Shown in pieces: positions 37,721 through 47,400 of a DNA stretch of 64,000 nucleotides. The position numbers and the translations under genes are program-made. Source of the DNA: Lachnospiraceae bacterium (GTDB lineage: Bacteria > Bacillota > Clostridia > Lachnospirales > Lachnospiraceae); contig JAGBOC010000011.1 in the NCBI GenBank assembly GCA_017634065.1, positions 60,412 to 124,411 of the forward strand. Direction: 5' to 3'. Below the pieces are notes generated by a model. That model ran no database searches, was not told the DNA's origin, and saw only the letters and a program-made list of their open reading frames with translations. The stretch's first letter is position 1. Every line of letters begins with the position of its first letter.

Positions 37721-37900
37721 ATGAAAAAGGTCAATGATGTAAAAAATATTGCGATTGTTTTAGATTTTGTTGTTTCAATCATTGCATCAGCAATTCAAAA
37801 ATCAAATCAAAGTGTATCAGGAATGTTGTTTGGATTGTCTGCAGTGATTCTTTTAGTTGCAGTTGTATGTGTTGTAATTGAATTAGTTAAGAAAAAATAA
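37721..37900 (+). CDS. Small (59 aa) two-TM hypothetical membrane protein
   Basis: 'aggag' RBS. Hydrophobic segments 'IAIVLDFVVSIIASAI' and 'LFGLSAVILLVAVVCVVI'. Confidence 0.45.
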   Translation: MKKVNDVKNIAIVLDFVVSIIASAIQKSNQSVSGMLFGLSAVILLVAVVCVVIELVKKK

Positions 37901-37918
37901 AATAATAAGAGGTTGTGC

Positions 37919-38695
37919 ATGTCAGAAGAAAGAGTAATGAGACAATTAACCATTCGCTCATTTCATTGTGACAAAGTTGAGTGGGGAGATAGTTTCTCAT
38001 TTAAGAAAGATGGAAGCAACTATTCTATGACTCTGAAAAAGGGCATAGAAGAGGATTTAAAGAAAAGTTCAGAACTTTTTGAAAATCTAACTATAAAGAT
38101 TTTGAAACCAGGTGAACATCATGTGAAAATTAATTCAGTAATGGATATTATTCCTATATCAGTTAAAGCACTTGGTAAAATTGGGGAAGGCATAACTCAT
38201 ACGATAACTGGCGTGTATGTGATGCTTACTGGTGTTGATACAGCTGGTAGACAGATTTGTGCTTTTGGAAATAGTGATGGATGGATGGATGAAAAAGTGA
38301 CATTCAACCAACCAGGTACTCCATCTATGGATGATTACATTATACTTGTAGATGTACTTATCAAAGAAGGCTATGCAACTAAAAGAGTTGGGCCAGATGC
38401 TTGTCACTCTGCATGTGAGATGATGTGTGACCCAATTAGAGCTTTTCTTAAAAAGTTCCGCGATGGAGATGAGAATGAGAGACATGTGTTTAAGGATTTG
38501 ATACATCCAGGAAAGAAGAAAGTTGCTGTCGTGAAACTTGTATCAGGTCAAGGCGCTATGTATGATACTCACTATATGGCGAAAGAACCATCAGGATTTA
38601 CTGATGGAAGGTCAATTATTGATTCTGTTGGTTCACCAATTATTTTATCACCAAATGAATATAGAGATGGCGCACTTCGCTGTCTCTATGGATAA
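37919..38695 (+). CDS. prdD: PrdD (paralogue of the N-terminal/beta part of PrdA)
   Basis: Aligns by eye with PrdA: 'VMLTGV...' vs 'MMLTGT', 'PGKKKVAVVKLVSGQGAMYD' vs 'PGKKKVALVKEIMGQGAMHD'. Ends 'RDGALRCLYG', where PrdA has 'LDGCIHALT|C'. Confidence 0.85.
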   Translation: MSEERVMRQLTIRSFHCDKVEWGDSFSFKKDGSNYSMTLKKGIEEDLKKSSELFENLTIKILKPGEHHVKINSVMDIIPISVKALGKIGEGITHTITGVYVMLTGVDTAGRQICAFGNSDGWMDEKVTFNQPGTPSMDDYIILVDVLIKEGYATKRVGPDACHSACEMMCDPIRAFLKKFRDGDENERHVFKDLIHPGKKKVAVVKLVSGQGAMYDTHYMAKEPSGFTDGRSIIDSVGSPIILSPNEYRDGALRCLYG

Positions 38696-38698
38696 ACT

Positions 38699-38784
38699 GT
38701 AGGGGCGAGCACGCGCCCGAGCGTTTTTTCCGAGCGTAGCGAAGGAAGTGCGACAAAGCACCCTTGGGGTGCGAGCCCGAAAGG
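38699..38784 (+). repeat. Composite GTAG-type GC-rich element filling the prdD-prdE spacer, ending CCCGAAAGGA
   Basis: 'gtaggggcgagcacgcgcccgagcg...ggggtgcgagcccgaaagga', then 5 nt, then ATG 38791. Confidence 0.85.
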
Positions 38785-38790
38785 ATAAAT

Positions 38791-39264
38791 ATGGGAGTAG
38801 GTCCAAGTACAAAAGAAACGACATTACATCATTTTAGAGATCCGCTTATAAATCTTATAGCTGAAGATCCTGATATTGATTTTCTTGGAGTTGTGATAGG
38901 TGGCATACCAGATAGAAATGTTGATAAAAAGTTTACAGGAGAAAGAATAGGTGCTTGGCTTGAGGCTATGAGATGTGATGGTGCTATAGTTTCAGAAGAT
39001 TCGTGGGGCAATAGTAATGTAGACCTTGCTGCTGCTATGGAAGCTATAGGCAGAAGAGATATACCACAAGTTGGTATGGTACTTATTGGCACACAAGGAA
39101 TAGTCGATCAAAATGAATATATGGATACTATGGTTGATACAAATCATAGTGAGAGTGGTACCGAGACAAATATTGTTGCAGAAAACTGTATGACTATGGC
39201 GGAAGCACGAAAGTGTGTAGCACTTCTAAAACTCAAAATGAGTAGAAAATACGGACACTTGTGA
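38791..39264 (+). CDS. prdE: PrdE (paralogue of the C-terminal/alpha part of PrdA)
   Basis: 'VGPSTKETTLHHFRDP' vs PrdA 'IGPASKEQSRHYWREP'. 'MRCDGAIVSEDSWGNSNVD' vs 'MDCDGAIVTTEGFGNNHVD'. Confidence 0.85.
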   Translation: MGVGPSTKETTLHHFRDPLINLIAEDPDIDFLGVVIGGIPDRNVDKKFTGERIGAWLEAMRCDGAIVSEDSWGNSNVDLAAAMEAIGRRDIPQVGMVLIGTQGIVDQNEYMDTMVDTNHSESGTETNIVAENCMTMAEARKCVALLKLKMSRKYGHL

Positions 39265-39300
39265 TGATTTATAAAGTGTGACTATGTCTAATTGATAACA

Positions 39301-39333
39301 AAAATCGCCCATAGTTTTAAGGGCGATTTTTGT
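39301..39333. terminator. Bidirectional terminator between prdE (+) and the nitroreductase gene (-)
   Basis: 'aaaatcgccc-atagttttaa-gggcgatttt'. Confidence 0.8.
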
Positions 39334-39366
39334 TTGAAATATTATGATATTTATGAAAAGTGATTC

Positions 39367-39894
39367 TTACTTAACACAAACTACATAATTATCTTTTCTT
39401 GCAGGACCATCTGCCATATAGGCTTCATCAGTATAGCCAACTATGCAGTAACCGATGCCAACATAGTTGCCATTTAATCCCCATTTTTTAAGAAGTGCCT
39501 TGCCATCTTCTCTTTCATAAGTTTCCTTTGCTCTATGTATCCAGCAAGAGCCAAGACCAAGACTTGCTGCTGCATTCATTAGATTTCCCATTACGAGAGA
39601 ACCATCATAGATTGTATTTGAATTATTTGCATCTCCAAGTACAAGGATAGCACATGGAGCACCATAAAATGGGTGAGCACCAGGTTTTCCCATAACATCA
39701 GCATTTATAGCCTCTGCAGAGTTTAATTCATCCTTATTAGTGATACATACGAGTGTAGGGCTTTGATTTCCTGATGCAGTAGGGGCAAATGTTCCAGCCT
39801 TTAAAATCTCATTAAGTTTTGACTCTTCTACTGCTTTGTCGTTATACTTTCTTATACTTCTTCTTTTTAATAATGTGTTTAATGTTTCGTTCAT
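39367..39894 (-). CDS. Nitroreductase-family protein
   Basis: 'LLKRRSIRKY', about 175 aa, 'ggagg' RBS on the - strand. Confidence 0.85.
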   Translation of the reverse strand: MNETLNTLLKRRSIRKYNDKAVEESKLNEILKAGTFAPTASGNQSPTLVCITNKDELNSAEAINADVMGKPGAHPFYGAPCAILVLGDANNSNTIYDGSLVMGNLMNAAASLGLGSCWIHRAKETYEREDGKALLKKWGLNGNYVGIGYCIVGYTDEAYMADGPARKDNYVVCVK

Positions 39895-39946
39895 AATTCA
39901 CCTCCAAAATAGATTATATCAAAAAAGCAAAATAATAGCAAACCAC

Positions 39947-39975
39947 TTGACAATAATTAGTAAAAGTTGTATCAT
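39947..39975 (+). promoter_or_regulatory. Sigma-A-type promoter upstream of rpmG-secE-nusG
   Basis: TTGACA, 17 nt, TATCAT. Confidence 0.45.
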
Positions 39976-40037
39976 TTATAAGGTTAATTAAAGGGCAAAA
40001 GCCCTTTTTTAAGTCTTGTTTTTAAGGAGAAATAAAT

Positions 40038-40196
40038 ATGGCTTCTAAACGCACTAAGATTACTTTAGAGTGTACAGAATGTAAACAAAGAAATTATGAC
40101 ACTACAAAGGAAAAGAAGAAACATCCGGATCGTATCGAGACTAGTAAGTATTGTAGATTTTGTAAGAAACATACAAAACACAAGGAGACTAAATAG
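40038..40196 (+). CDS. rpmG: 50S ribosomal protein L33 (52 aa; below the ORF-track cutoff)
   Basis: My own translation: '[52 protein letters not shown]' with CxxC...CxxC. RBS 'aaggag'. Precedes secE-nusG as usual. Confidence 0.9.
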   Translation: MASKRTKITLECTECKQRNYDTTKEKKKHPDRIETSKYCRFCKKHTKHKETK

Positions 40197-40198
40197 TA

Positions 40199-40408
40199 AT
40201 GAGCGAAGTTAAAGAAAAAAAAGAAAGTTTTTTTAATAGAATTATCAAAGGCTTAAGGTCTGAATGGATAAAGATAATATTTCCGTCAAACGAGCAGATA
40301 TTAAATGATTCAGTTACAGTACTTATCTGTTCAGTTATTATTGGACTTATTATTTTTGTTCTTGATTCGCTGATTGGGTCAGGATTTGGATTTTTATTTA
40401 ATAGATAA
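40199..40408 (+). CDS. secE: Preprotein translocase subunit SecE
   Basis: 69 aa, single C-terminal TM, 'EW.K..FPS' motif, conserved position before nusG. Confidence 0.88.
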   Translation: MSEVKEKKESFFNRIIKGLRSEWIKIIFPSNEQILNDSVTVLICSVIIGLIIFVLDSLIGSGFGFLFNR

Positions 40409-40424
40409 TTAGGAGAGATTTTCC

Positions 40425-40958
40425 GTGGCAGAAGAGAGATCAGGAAAGCCTGAATGGTATGTAGCGCATACTTATTCTGGTTATGAAAATAAAGTTAAAC
40501 TTGATATAGAACAGTCAATTAAGAACCGTGGAATGGAAGAATTAATTTTCGAAGTACGTATCCCTACACAGATGGTTACTGAACTTAAAAATGGAAAAGA
40601 AAAAAAGTATGAGAAAAAACTCTTCCCAGGTTATGTTCTTGTCAATATGATTATGACTGATGATACTTGGTATGTAATTAGAAATACTCGTGGTGTCACT
40701 GGATTTGTGGGACCAGATAGTAAGCCAGTACCAATATCAAAAGCAGAGTTAGAGGCACTTCAAGGTAAGGTGACAAAAGAAGTCATTATCGAAGTAAATG
40801 TTGATGATACAGTTGTGATAACGAGTGGTGCATTTAAGGATTCTATAGCTAAAGTTCTCTCGGTAAATGAATCAAAGAAAACTGTTACTGTAGGTGTAGA
40901 CTTCATGGGCGGAGAAAGAAAACTTGAGATTGGCTTCGCCGATATAAAAAAGATATAA
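40425..40958 (+). CDS. nusG: Transcription termination/antitermination factor NusG
   Basis: GTG start after 'aggagag'. 'WYV..T.SG.E..V', 'FPGYVLV', C-terminal KOW domain. Confidence 0.93.
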   Translation: MAEERSGKPEWYVAHTYSGYENKVKLDIEQSIKNRGMEELIFEVRIPTQMVTELKNGKEKKYEKKLFPGYVLVNMIMTDDTWYVIRNTRGVTGFVGPDSKPVPISKAELEALQGKVTKEVIIEVNVDDTVVITSGAFKDSIAKVLSVNESKKTVTVGVDFMGGERKLEIGFADIKKI

Positions 40959-41018
40959 AACTTTGTTTTATAAATACATTTGGGAGGGTTAATAGCCCGT
41001 CTAACCAAGGAGGAAAGT

Positions 41019-41444
41019 ATGGCAAAAAAGGTTGAAGGTTATATTAAACTTCAAATTCCAGCTGGTAAGGCAACACCAGCACCACCAGTAGGACCAGCGC
41101 TTGGTCAACATGGTGTAAATATCGTTGCATTTACAAAAGAGTTTAATGCTAGAACAGCAAATGAGGGAGATGTTATAATCCCTGTAGTTATCACAGTTTT
41201 TGCTGATAAGAGTTTCACATTTATCACAAAGACACCACCCGCAGCAGTTCTTATAAAGAAGGCTTGTAAGATTAAATCTGGATCAGGAGTTCCAAATAAG
41301 ACCAAGGTTGCTACTATCAAGAAGGCTGATCTTCAAAAGATTGCCGAGACCAAGATGAAAGATTTAAATGCAGCTACACTTGAGACTGCTATGTCAATGA
41401 TCGCTGGAACTTGTCGCTCTATGGGCGTGACAGTAGAGGAATAA
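41019..41444 (+). CDS. rplK: 50S ribosomal protein L11
   Basis: '[27 protein letters not shown]'. Start at ATG 41019 after 'aaggagg'. Confidence 0.96.
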   Translation: MAKKVEGYIKLQIPAGKATPAPPVGPALGQHGVNIVAFTKEFNARTANEGDVIIPVVITVFADKSFTFITKTPPAAVLIKKACKIKSGSGVPNKTKVATIKKADLQKIAETKMKDLNAATLETAMSMIAGTCRSMGVTVEE

Positions 41445-41457
41445 GGGAGGTGTAGTG

Positions 41458-42156
41458 ATGAAAAAGTTGGCAAAGAAATATGATGCGAAGTTAAAAGCAT
41501 ATGATCCAAAGAAACTTTATGAAGCTAAAGAAGCTATACAAGTTGTAAAGAAAAATGCTACAGCAAAGTTTGATGAGACTATAGAACTTCATATAAGAAC
41601 AGGTTGTGATTCAAAGTATGCTGAACAACAAATAAGAGGTTCAGTTGTATTACCAGCAGGAACTGGTAAGAAAGTAAAGATATTAGTATTTGCAAGAGAC
41701 GCTAAAGCTGATGAAGCAAAAGCAGCTGGTGCTGATTATGTAGGAGTTGATGAGTACGTACAAAAGATTCAGACAGAAGGTTGGCTTGATTTTGACGCAG
41801 TTGTAGCAACTCCTGATATGATGGGAACTGTTGGTAAACTTGCAAAGATTTTGGGACCAAAAGGTCTTATGCCTAACCCAAAGACAGGAACAGTTACAGC
41901 AGATGTAACTAAAATCATTGGCGAGTTAAAAGCAGGTAAGGTTGAGTATCGTCTTGACAAGCAAAACTTAATTCACTGCCCACTTGGAAAAGCAAGTTTT
42001 AGTGAAGATAAGTTGGAAGAAAACTTCAATGCTTTAATGGGAGCAATTGTGAAAGCAAGACCTCAATCTCTAAAAGGTACTTACCTTAAAAGCATAACTC
42101 TTACATCTACTATGGGACCTGGAGTGAAATTAAGCACAATTAAATATGCAATGTAA
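41458..42156 (+). CDS. rplA: 50S ribosomal protein L1
   Basis: '[12 protein letters not shown]', '[16 protein letters not shown]'. ATG 41458 lies 7 nt after 'gggagg'. Confidence 0.96.
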   Translation: MKKLAKKYDAKLKAYDPKKLYEAKEAIQVVKKNATAKFDETIELHIRTGCDSKYAEQQIRGSVVLPAGTGKKVKILVFARDAKADEAKAAGADYVGVDEYVQKIQTEGWLDFDAVVATPDMMGTVGKLAKILGPKGLMPNPKTGTVTADVTKIIGELKAGKVEYRLDKQNLIHCPLGKASFSEDKLEENFNALMGAIVKARPQSLKGTYLKSITLTSTMGPGVKLSTIKYAM

Positions 42157-42168
42157 TATTGCTTTATA

Positions 42169-42195
42169 ATGGGGCGTTAGAAGCCCCATTTTTAT
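42169..42195 (+). terminator. Rho-independent terminator after rplA
   Basis: 'atggggc-gttagaa-gccccat' followed by a T-run. Confidence 0.8.
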
Positions 42196-42361
42196 TACCT
42201 AATTAGTATTTTGGAAGATATTAAAAGGGTTTTTTAAGCCCTTTTATATTGTAAGTGTTATAGGCTAAATTATTTGAAAAAGGATTTAATATTGTGGTAT
42301 AATTACATAAGCATAAGTTTTATAGAATTATAAAACTTGTTTGTTTAATTGGAGAATAATT

Positions 42362-42811
42362 ATGAAAGTAGTAATAGGAAATGACCATGCTGGAGTAGAC
42401 ATGAAAATGCAGATTAAAGAGTATATAGAGTCTATGGGACATGAAGTTATAAATGTCGGCATAGATAAGGTTGAAAGATGTGATTATCCTGACTACGCAT
42501 ACAAGGCTTGTAAAAAAATAGTTGATAAGGAAGCCGAACTCGGTGTACTTATATGCGGTACTGGCATTGGTATGAGTATAACAGCTAACAAAGTGAAAGG
42601 CATAAGAGCCTGTGCATGTTCGGAAAGTTATTCTGCAAGACTTTGCAGAGAACATAATGATGCAAATGTCATTTGTTTTGGTGAACGAGTTATCGGCATA
42701 GAAACTGCAAAAGAAATAGTAAAGAGTTTCCTTAATGCTAAATATCAAAATGCACATCATGTTAATCGTGTAAAAAAGATTATGGAAATTGAAGAGGGCA
42801 CTTACAAATAA
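42362..42811 (+). CDS. rpiB: Ribose-5-phosphate isomerase B
   Basis: 'MKVVIGNDHAG', 'LICGTGIGMSI.ANK', 'RLCREHNDANV'. Confidence 0.92.
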   Translation: MKVVIGNDHAGVDMKMQIKEYIESMGHEVINVGIDKVERCDYPDYAYKACKKIVDKEAELGVLICGTGIGMSITANKVKGIRACACSESYSARLCREHNDANVICFGERVIGIETAKEIVKSFLNAKYQNAHHVNRVKKIMEIEEGTYK

Positions 42812-43878
42812 TGGTTTACAAAGAAAAGATTTTAGAGACTATTGTAAGAGATTTTTTTGATACGAAAATAATTAATGATGATGATATATTAATTGTGGCA
42901 CTTAGTGGTGGGATGGACTCAATGTGCCTCATAGATGCATTTTATAAACTACAATCTGAAATCGAATATAAACTTATGGCAATGCACATTCATCATGGCA
43001 TAAGAGGCATTGAAGCTGATAGAGATTTACAGTTTGTAAAAAAATACTGCAAATCAATGAATGTGAAATTGATAACTGAAAAGGTTGATGCACCAGAGTA
43101 TTCGCAAAAAAATGGTTTGACGATAGAAGAATCAGCAAGAGTACTTAGGTACAATGCATTTGAAAATAATTGGAAAAAGCTTTCACTTAAAAATTCAAAA
43201 CACAATGTATATGTTTTAGTTGCTCATCATGAAAATGATCAGGCAGAGACAGTAATTCATAATATGATAAGAGGAACTGGTTTAAAGGGCATTTCAGGAA
43301 TGAGAAAACAAAATGGATATATTTTAAGACCCCTACTTGATATAAAGAAATCAGAGATTGAAGAATATGTTGATTCATATGATATACCATATGTTGATGA
43401 TACGACAAATGAAGATATAAAGTATACAAGAAACTATATAAGAAAAGAAATAATAGAAAAACTTAAAAGCATTAATTCAGAAGCCATCTCACATATTGCT
43501 CACCTTGCAAGACAGGCAAGTGAAGTAAATGAATATGTAGAGTCTGAAAGTCAAAAGGCTTATGAAAAATGCCTAATATCGAAGGATGATAAAAACATAT
43601 CTATCTCTATAAAAAGTTTCAATGAGCAAAATAGAGTTTTGAGAGTTGGCATAATTAGAATTATCTTAAATGAATTAATTAGCACATTAAAAGACATCAC
43701 CAAGATTAATATAAATGATGTAATAGACTTATCAAAAAAAGTAAAAGGTGGACATCTTGATTTACCTTATAATCTAACTGTTGATAAAAAACAAAAAGAG
43801 TTAATTTTTAGGGTAAATGAGAAAAACATAAGTATGAGTAGGAGAAAAAAGAAATGTGTAGAAGAATTGAACCTTTAA
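42811..43878 (+). CDS. tilS: tRNA(Ile)-lysidine synthase
   Basis: PP-loop 'ALSGGMDSMCL', 'AHHENDQAETV'. Followed by hpt as in many Firmicutes. Confidence 0.9.
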   Translation: MVYKEKILETIVRDFFDTKIINDDDILIVALSGGMDSMCLIDAFYKLQSEIEYKLMAMHIHHGIRGIEADRDLQFVKKYCKSMNVKLITEKVDAPEYSQKNGLTIEESARVLRYNAFENNWKKLSLKNSKHNVYVLVAHHENDQAETVIHNMIRGTGLKGISGMRKQNGYILRPLLDIKKSEIEEYVDSYDIPYVDDTTNEDIKYTRNYIRKEIIEKLKSINSEAISHIAHLARQASEVNEYVESESQKAYEKCLISKDDKNISISIKSFNEQNRVLRVGIIRIILNELISTLKDITKININDVIDLSKKVKGGHLDLPYNLTVDKKQKELIFRVNEKNISMSRRKKKCVEELNL

Positions 43879-44384
43879 TTACTGAAGCCCAGATAAAAGA
43901 GAGAGTTAAGGAACTTGGGAAACAAATTTCAGAAGATTATAGAGGTAAAGACTTATTACTGATAGGTATTTTGAAAGGAAGTATACCATTTCTCTGTTCT
44001 CTTATGTGGGAAATAGATAATGAAAAACTTTCTATGGACTTTATGGATGTGTCAAGCTATGGAAGTGAGACTGTATCAAGTGGCAATGTAAAAATATTGA
44101 AAGATATAGACTCATCTATCAAAGGTAAAAATGTAATGATAGTTGAAGATATTGTTGATACAGGAAGAACGATGAATAAACTTTTGGAAATGCTTAAGAC
44201 AAGAGAACCAGCAAGTTTAAAAGTTTGTACCTTACTTGATAAGCCATCAAGGAGACTATGTGATGTAAAAGTTGATTATGTAGGTTTTGAAATAGAAAAT
44301 AAGTTTGTAGCTGGATTTGGACTTGATGATGATCAATATATGAGACAACTCAAATATGTTGGAGAAGTTATTTTTGAAAATTAA
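43854..44384 (+). CDS. hpt: Hypoxanthine phosphoribosyltransferase
   Basis: 'LLIGILKGS.PF', PRPP loop 'VMIVEDIVDTGRT', 'DY.GF.I.N.FV.G.GLD'. Confidence 0.93.
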   Translation: MCRRIEPLITEAQIKERVKELGKQISEDYRGKDLLLIGILKGSIPFLCSLMWEIDNEKLSMDFMDVSSYGSETVSSGNVKILKDIDSSIKGKNVMIVEDIVDTGRTMNKLLEMLKTREPASLKVCTLLDKPSRRLCDVKVDYVGFEIENKFVAGFGLDDDQYMRQLKYVGEVIFEN

Positions 44385-44421
44385 TTCTATGATTTAATAA
44401 TTATATAAGGTAGGTAGAAAA

Positions 44422-47400
44422 ATGGTATTCAGAGTAAAAAAAGTTTTTGCAATTTTATTATGTATGACAATGGTGTTTTCAAGCACATTGCCACATTTTG
44501 CAAATGATGATTTAGCCATTGAGTTAGAGAACGTTGCGCAATCTGAAACTACTGTGTCAGAGACTGAATCTGATAGTGATAATTATGAGAATAATAATTT
44601 AGAAAGTGGCATAGAAGCAGAAAGTGATACAGAAGCAGAAAGTGGCACAGAGGCGGAAAGTGATACTGAAACAGAGAGTGATACTGAAACAGAAAGTGAC
44701 ACTGAAACAGAGAGCGATACTGAAACAGAAAGTGACACTGAAACAGAGAGTGACACCGAAACAAAAAGTGACACTGAAACAGAGAGTGGTTCAGTAACAG
44801 AAAGTGCCACGGAATCATCAACTGATCTTGAAGCAAGTTCTACAGGAGAGACTAATAATTCAGAAAAAACAATAGTTGATGAAGAAAAGATTGCTACAGA
44901 TAGTGAGATGGAGTTAAATGAGTCCCCATCTTATGATGAGATGAATGTAGCAACCTATAGTGAGATTATAGATGCTTTTGAAACTGAAAATGTAGCAACA
45001 GTTAGTGAGATTAATGCAGTTGATTATGAGATACAAGGTCTTGGTTTTATAAGGCCCGATTTTACAAGCCCAGTTGTTCAAGAGCTTCCATTAAGAAGAG
45101 GAATAAGACTTTTTGGCACATCAGATCCAGGTGCAAGTTATGACCCAAGAAGTGAGACATTATCATCTGGTCTTTCAAGATTACCAGCCGTTAGAAACCA
45201 GGGTGGTTTTGGAACTTGTTGGGCTTTCTCTACACTCGGAATGTTTGAGACATATTTAAGACTTCATAATTTAGTTAGTACAGAAGAAGATTCTAATTTG
45301 AGTGAAGCAGCTCTAACATATTTTATGCAATATGGACTTTATGAAAAAGAAGTAACTAAAAATGGATCAAGTAACATTGATAAGCCAGGTGTCGAAGGAT
45401 TTGATTATTCATATATTAATAATAGGTCAAGACTTGGACAAATTGGTGGAAATCAGGCAATGGGACTTTTAACTATGTCATCTTATATAGGTGCTGTAAA
45501 AGAAGATACTAACTCATCATATAATCGTATGAGTAATATTGCTGCAAATCCAAGTAGTCTTGATGGCAGTTATGCATTTAATAAAAACTCATTTGTCCTT
45601 AAAAATGCATTATTCCTAAATAAAACTAATCGAAATATGATTAAACAAGCTATACTTGATAATGGTTCGGTAGGTATATCATATTTTGCTGGTCGTGCGA
45701 CTCCTACTGATGGTGAAGACGAAGATGCAAGTTATGTCCATACTGCAAATGGGGAGTATTATTACTATACTGATAAGACGTCTGCTCAAGCAAATCATGC
45801 GATTCTAGTTGTAGGTTGGAATGATGATATTCCAAAAGAAAACTTTTATGTAGGCGGGAGTAATTACGCAGCAAGTTCTACAAAGGCAGCTTCCAATGGT
45901 GGATGGCTTTGCAGAAATAGCTGGGGTGGCTCTGGAAATGGAACAAATGGATATTTTTGGATGTCATATGAAGAACCAAGTTTAGATGATAATGTGTATA
46001 CTGTAGAGGCAATGTCTGCTGATACGTATGAATATAATTATCATTATGATACTACTGCATGTACTTCAGCTTATGCTCATAGTGTTGAAGATATGCCTAT
46101 GTATTATGCAAATATATTTAAGGTAAGTGATGACATAGATCAAAAACTTGATGCGGTTAGTGTAGCATTTAATAGTGCAGATGTAGAGTTTGATATTTTA
46201 GTATATACAAAGGACACTGCTATGACAAATCCTACAGATGGAGTAAAGAAGTTTGAGGAGTCATACACAAGACAGTCTGCTGGTATATATACCATTGAAC
46301 TTAGCAGCAGTGTTACTTTAAGAAAAGGTACTTATTTTTCTGTTATTTTCAAAGCAAAAAATACATCAACAAATTATGGAAGTATGAATAAAACTATATT
46401 TATGTTCTGTGATGAGAGTAGCACAGGAACATATAGTTTTGTAAATGCTGCATCAGCTGGACAAAGTTTCTATGGTTATGTTAGTGGTTCAAACTTCGTG
46501 TGGGATGATGTTAATAGTTCTGAACATCCTAATTGGCCATCTGGTTATGATTTAAATGTTTCCTCAAATGGCAAAGGTAGAAATTATAGAATTAAAGCAC
46601 TTACAAATGCTTATCCAACTGTCACAGTTTCATTTGCGGAAGATGCAGGAGCGGTGGCTACAAAGGAGCAGAGAGTTGGCATAGGTCTTGAGACTAAACT
46701 TGATGAAAATACATTCACAAAAACTGGATATAAGTTTAAGAGATGGAATGACGGAAGTGATACTTACTATAACGATTGTGCAAATATAACAACTGATATA
46801 GATATAACATTATATGCAGAGTGGGAGCCAATTACTTACAATATAACATATGATTTAGATGGTGGCACACTCCCATCAGAGGCTTTGAATCCTTTACCAA
46901 TGACTTATGATAGTCCAGTGACATTACCAACACCTACAAAAACTGGCTATGATTTTGATAACTGGTATAGTGATGAGACAACTGTCTACGATGGTACAGA
47001 TAATTTATCAACAACAGATGGCAGTTCAGTAACAATAAAAGCAAAGTGGAATGAGCATGAATATACTATAACTCTCCATGAAAATAATGGAACATATGCA
47101 AGTGATTACGATGTTCCTTCATCAAGATTATATACTGCATCATCAACACTTCCAACAAGTGCAAATATAACTAGAGTTGGATATACATTTGATGGTTGGT
47201 ATGAAAATGAAGAATTAACTGGGACGAGAGTCACAAGTATTTTAGCGCGGACAGCATCAAATAAAGAATATTGGCTTAAATGGAATGAAAACACGTATAC
47301 TATTACTTATAATGAAAATGGTGGATCATATGCAAGTGGATATACCACAAGACCTACATCAAGAACCTATACTGACACTGCTTCATTACCAAATGAAACT

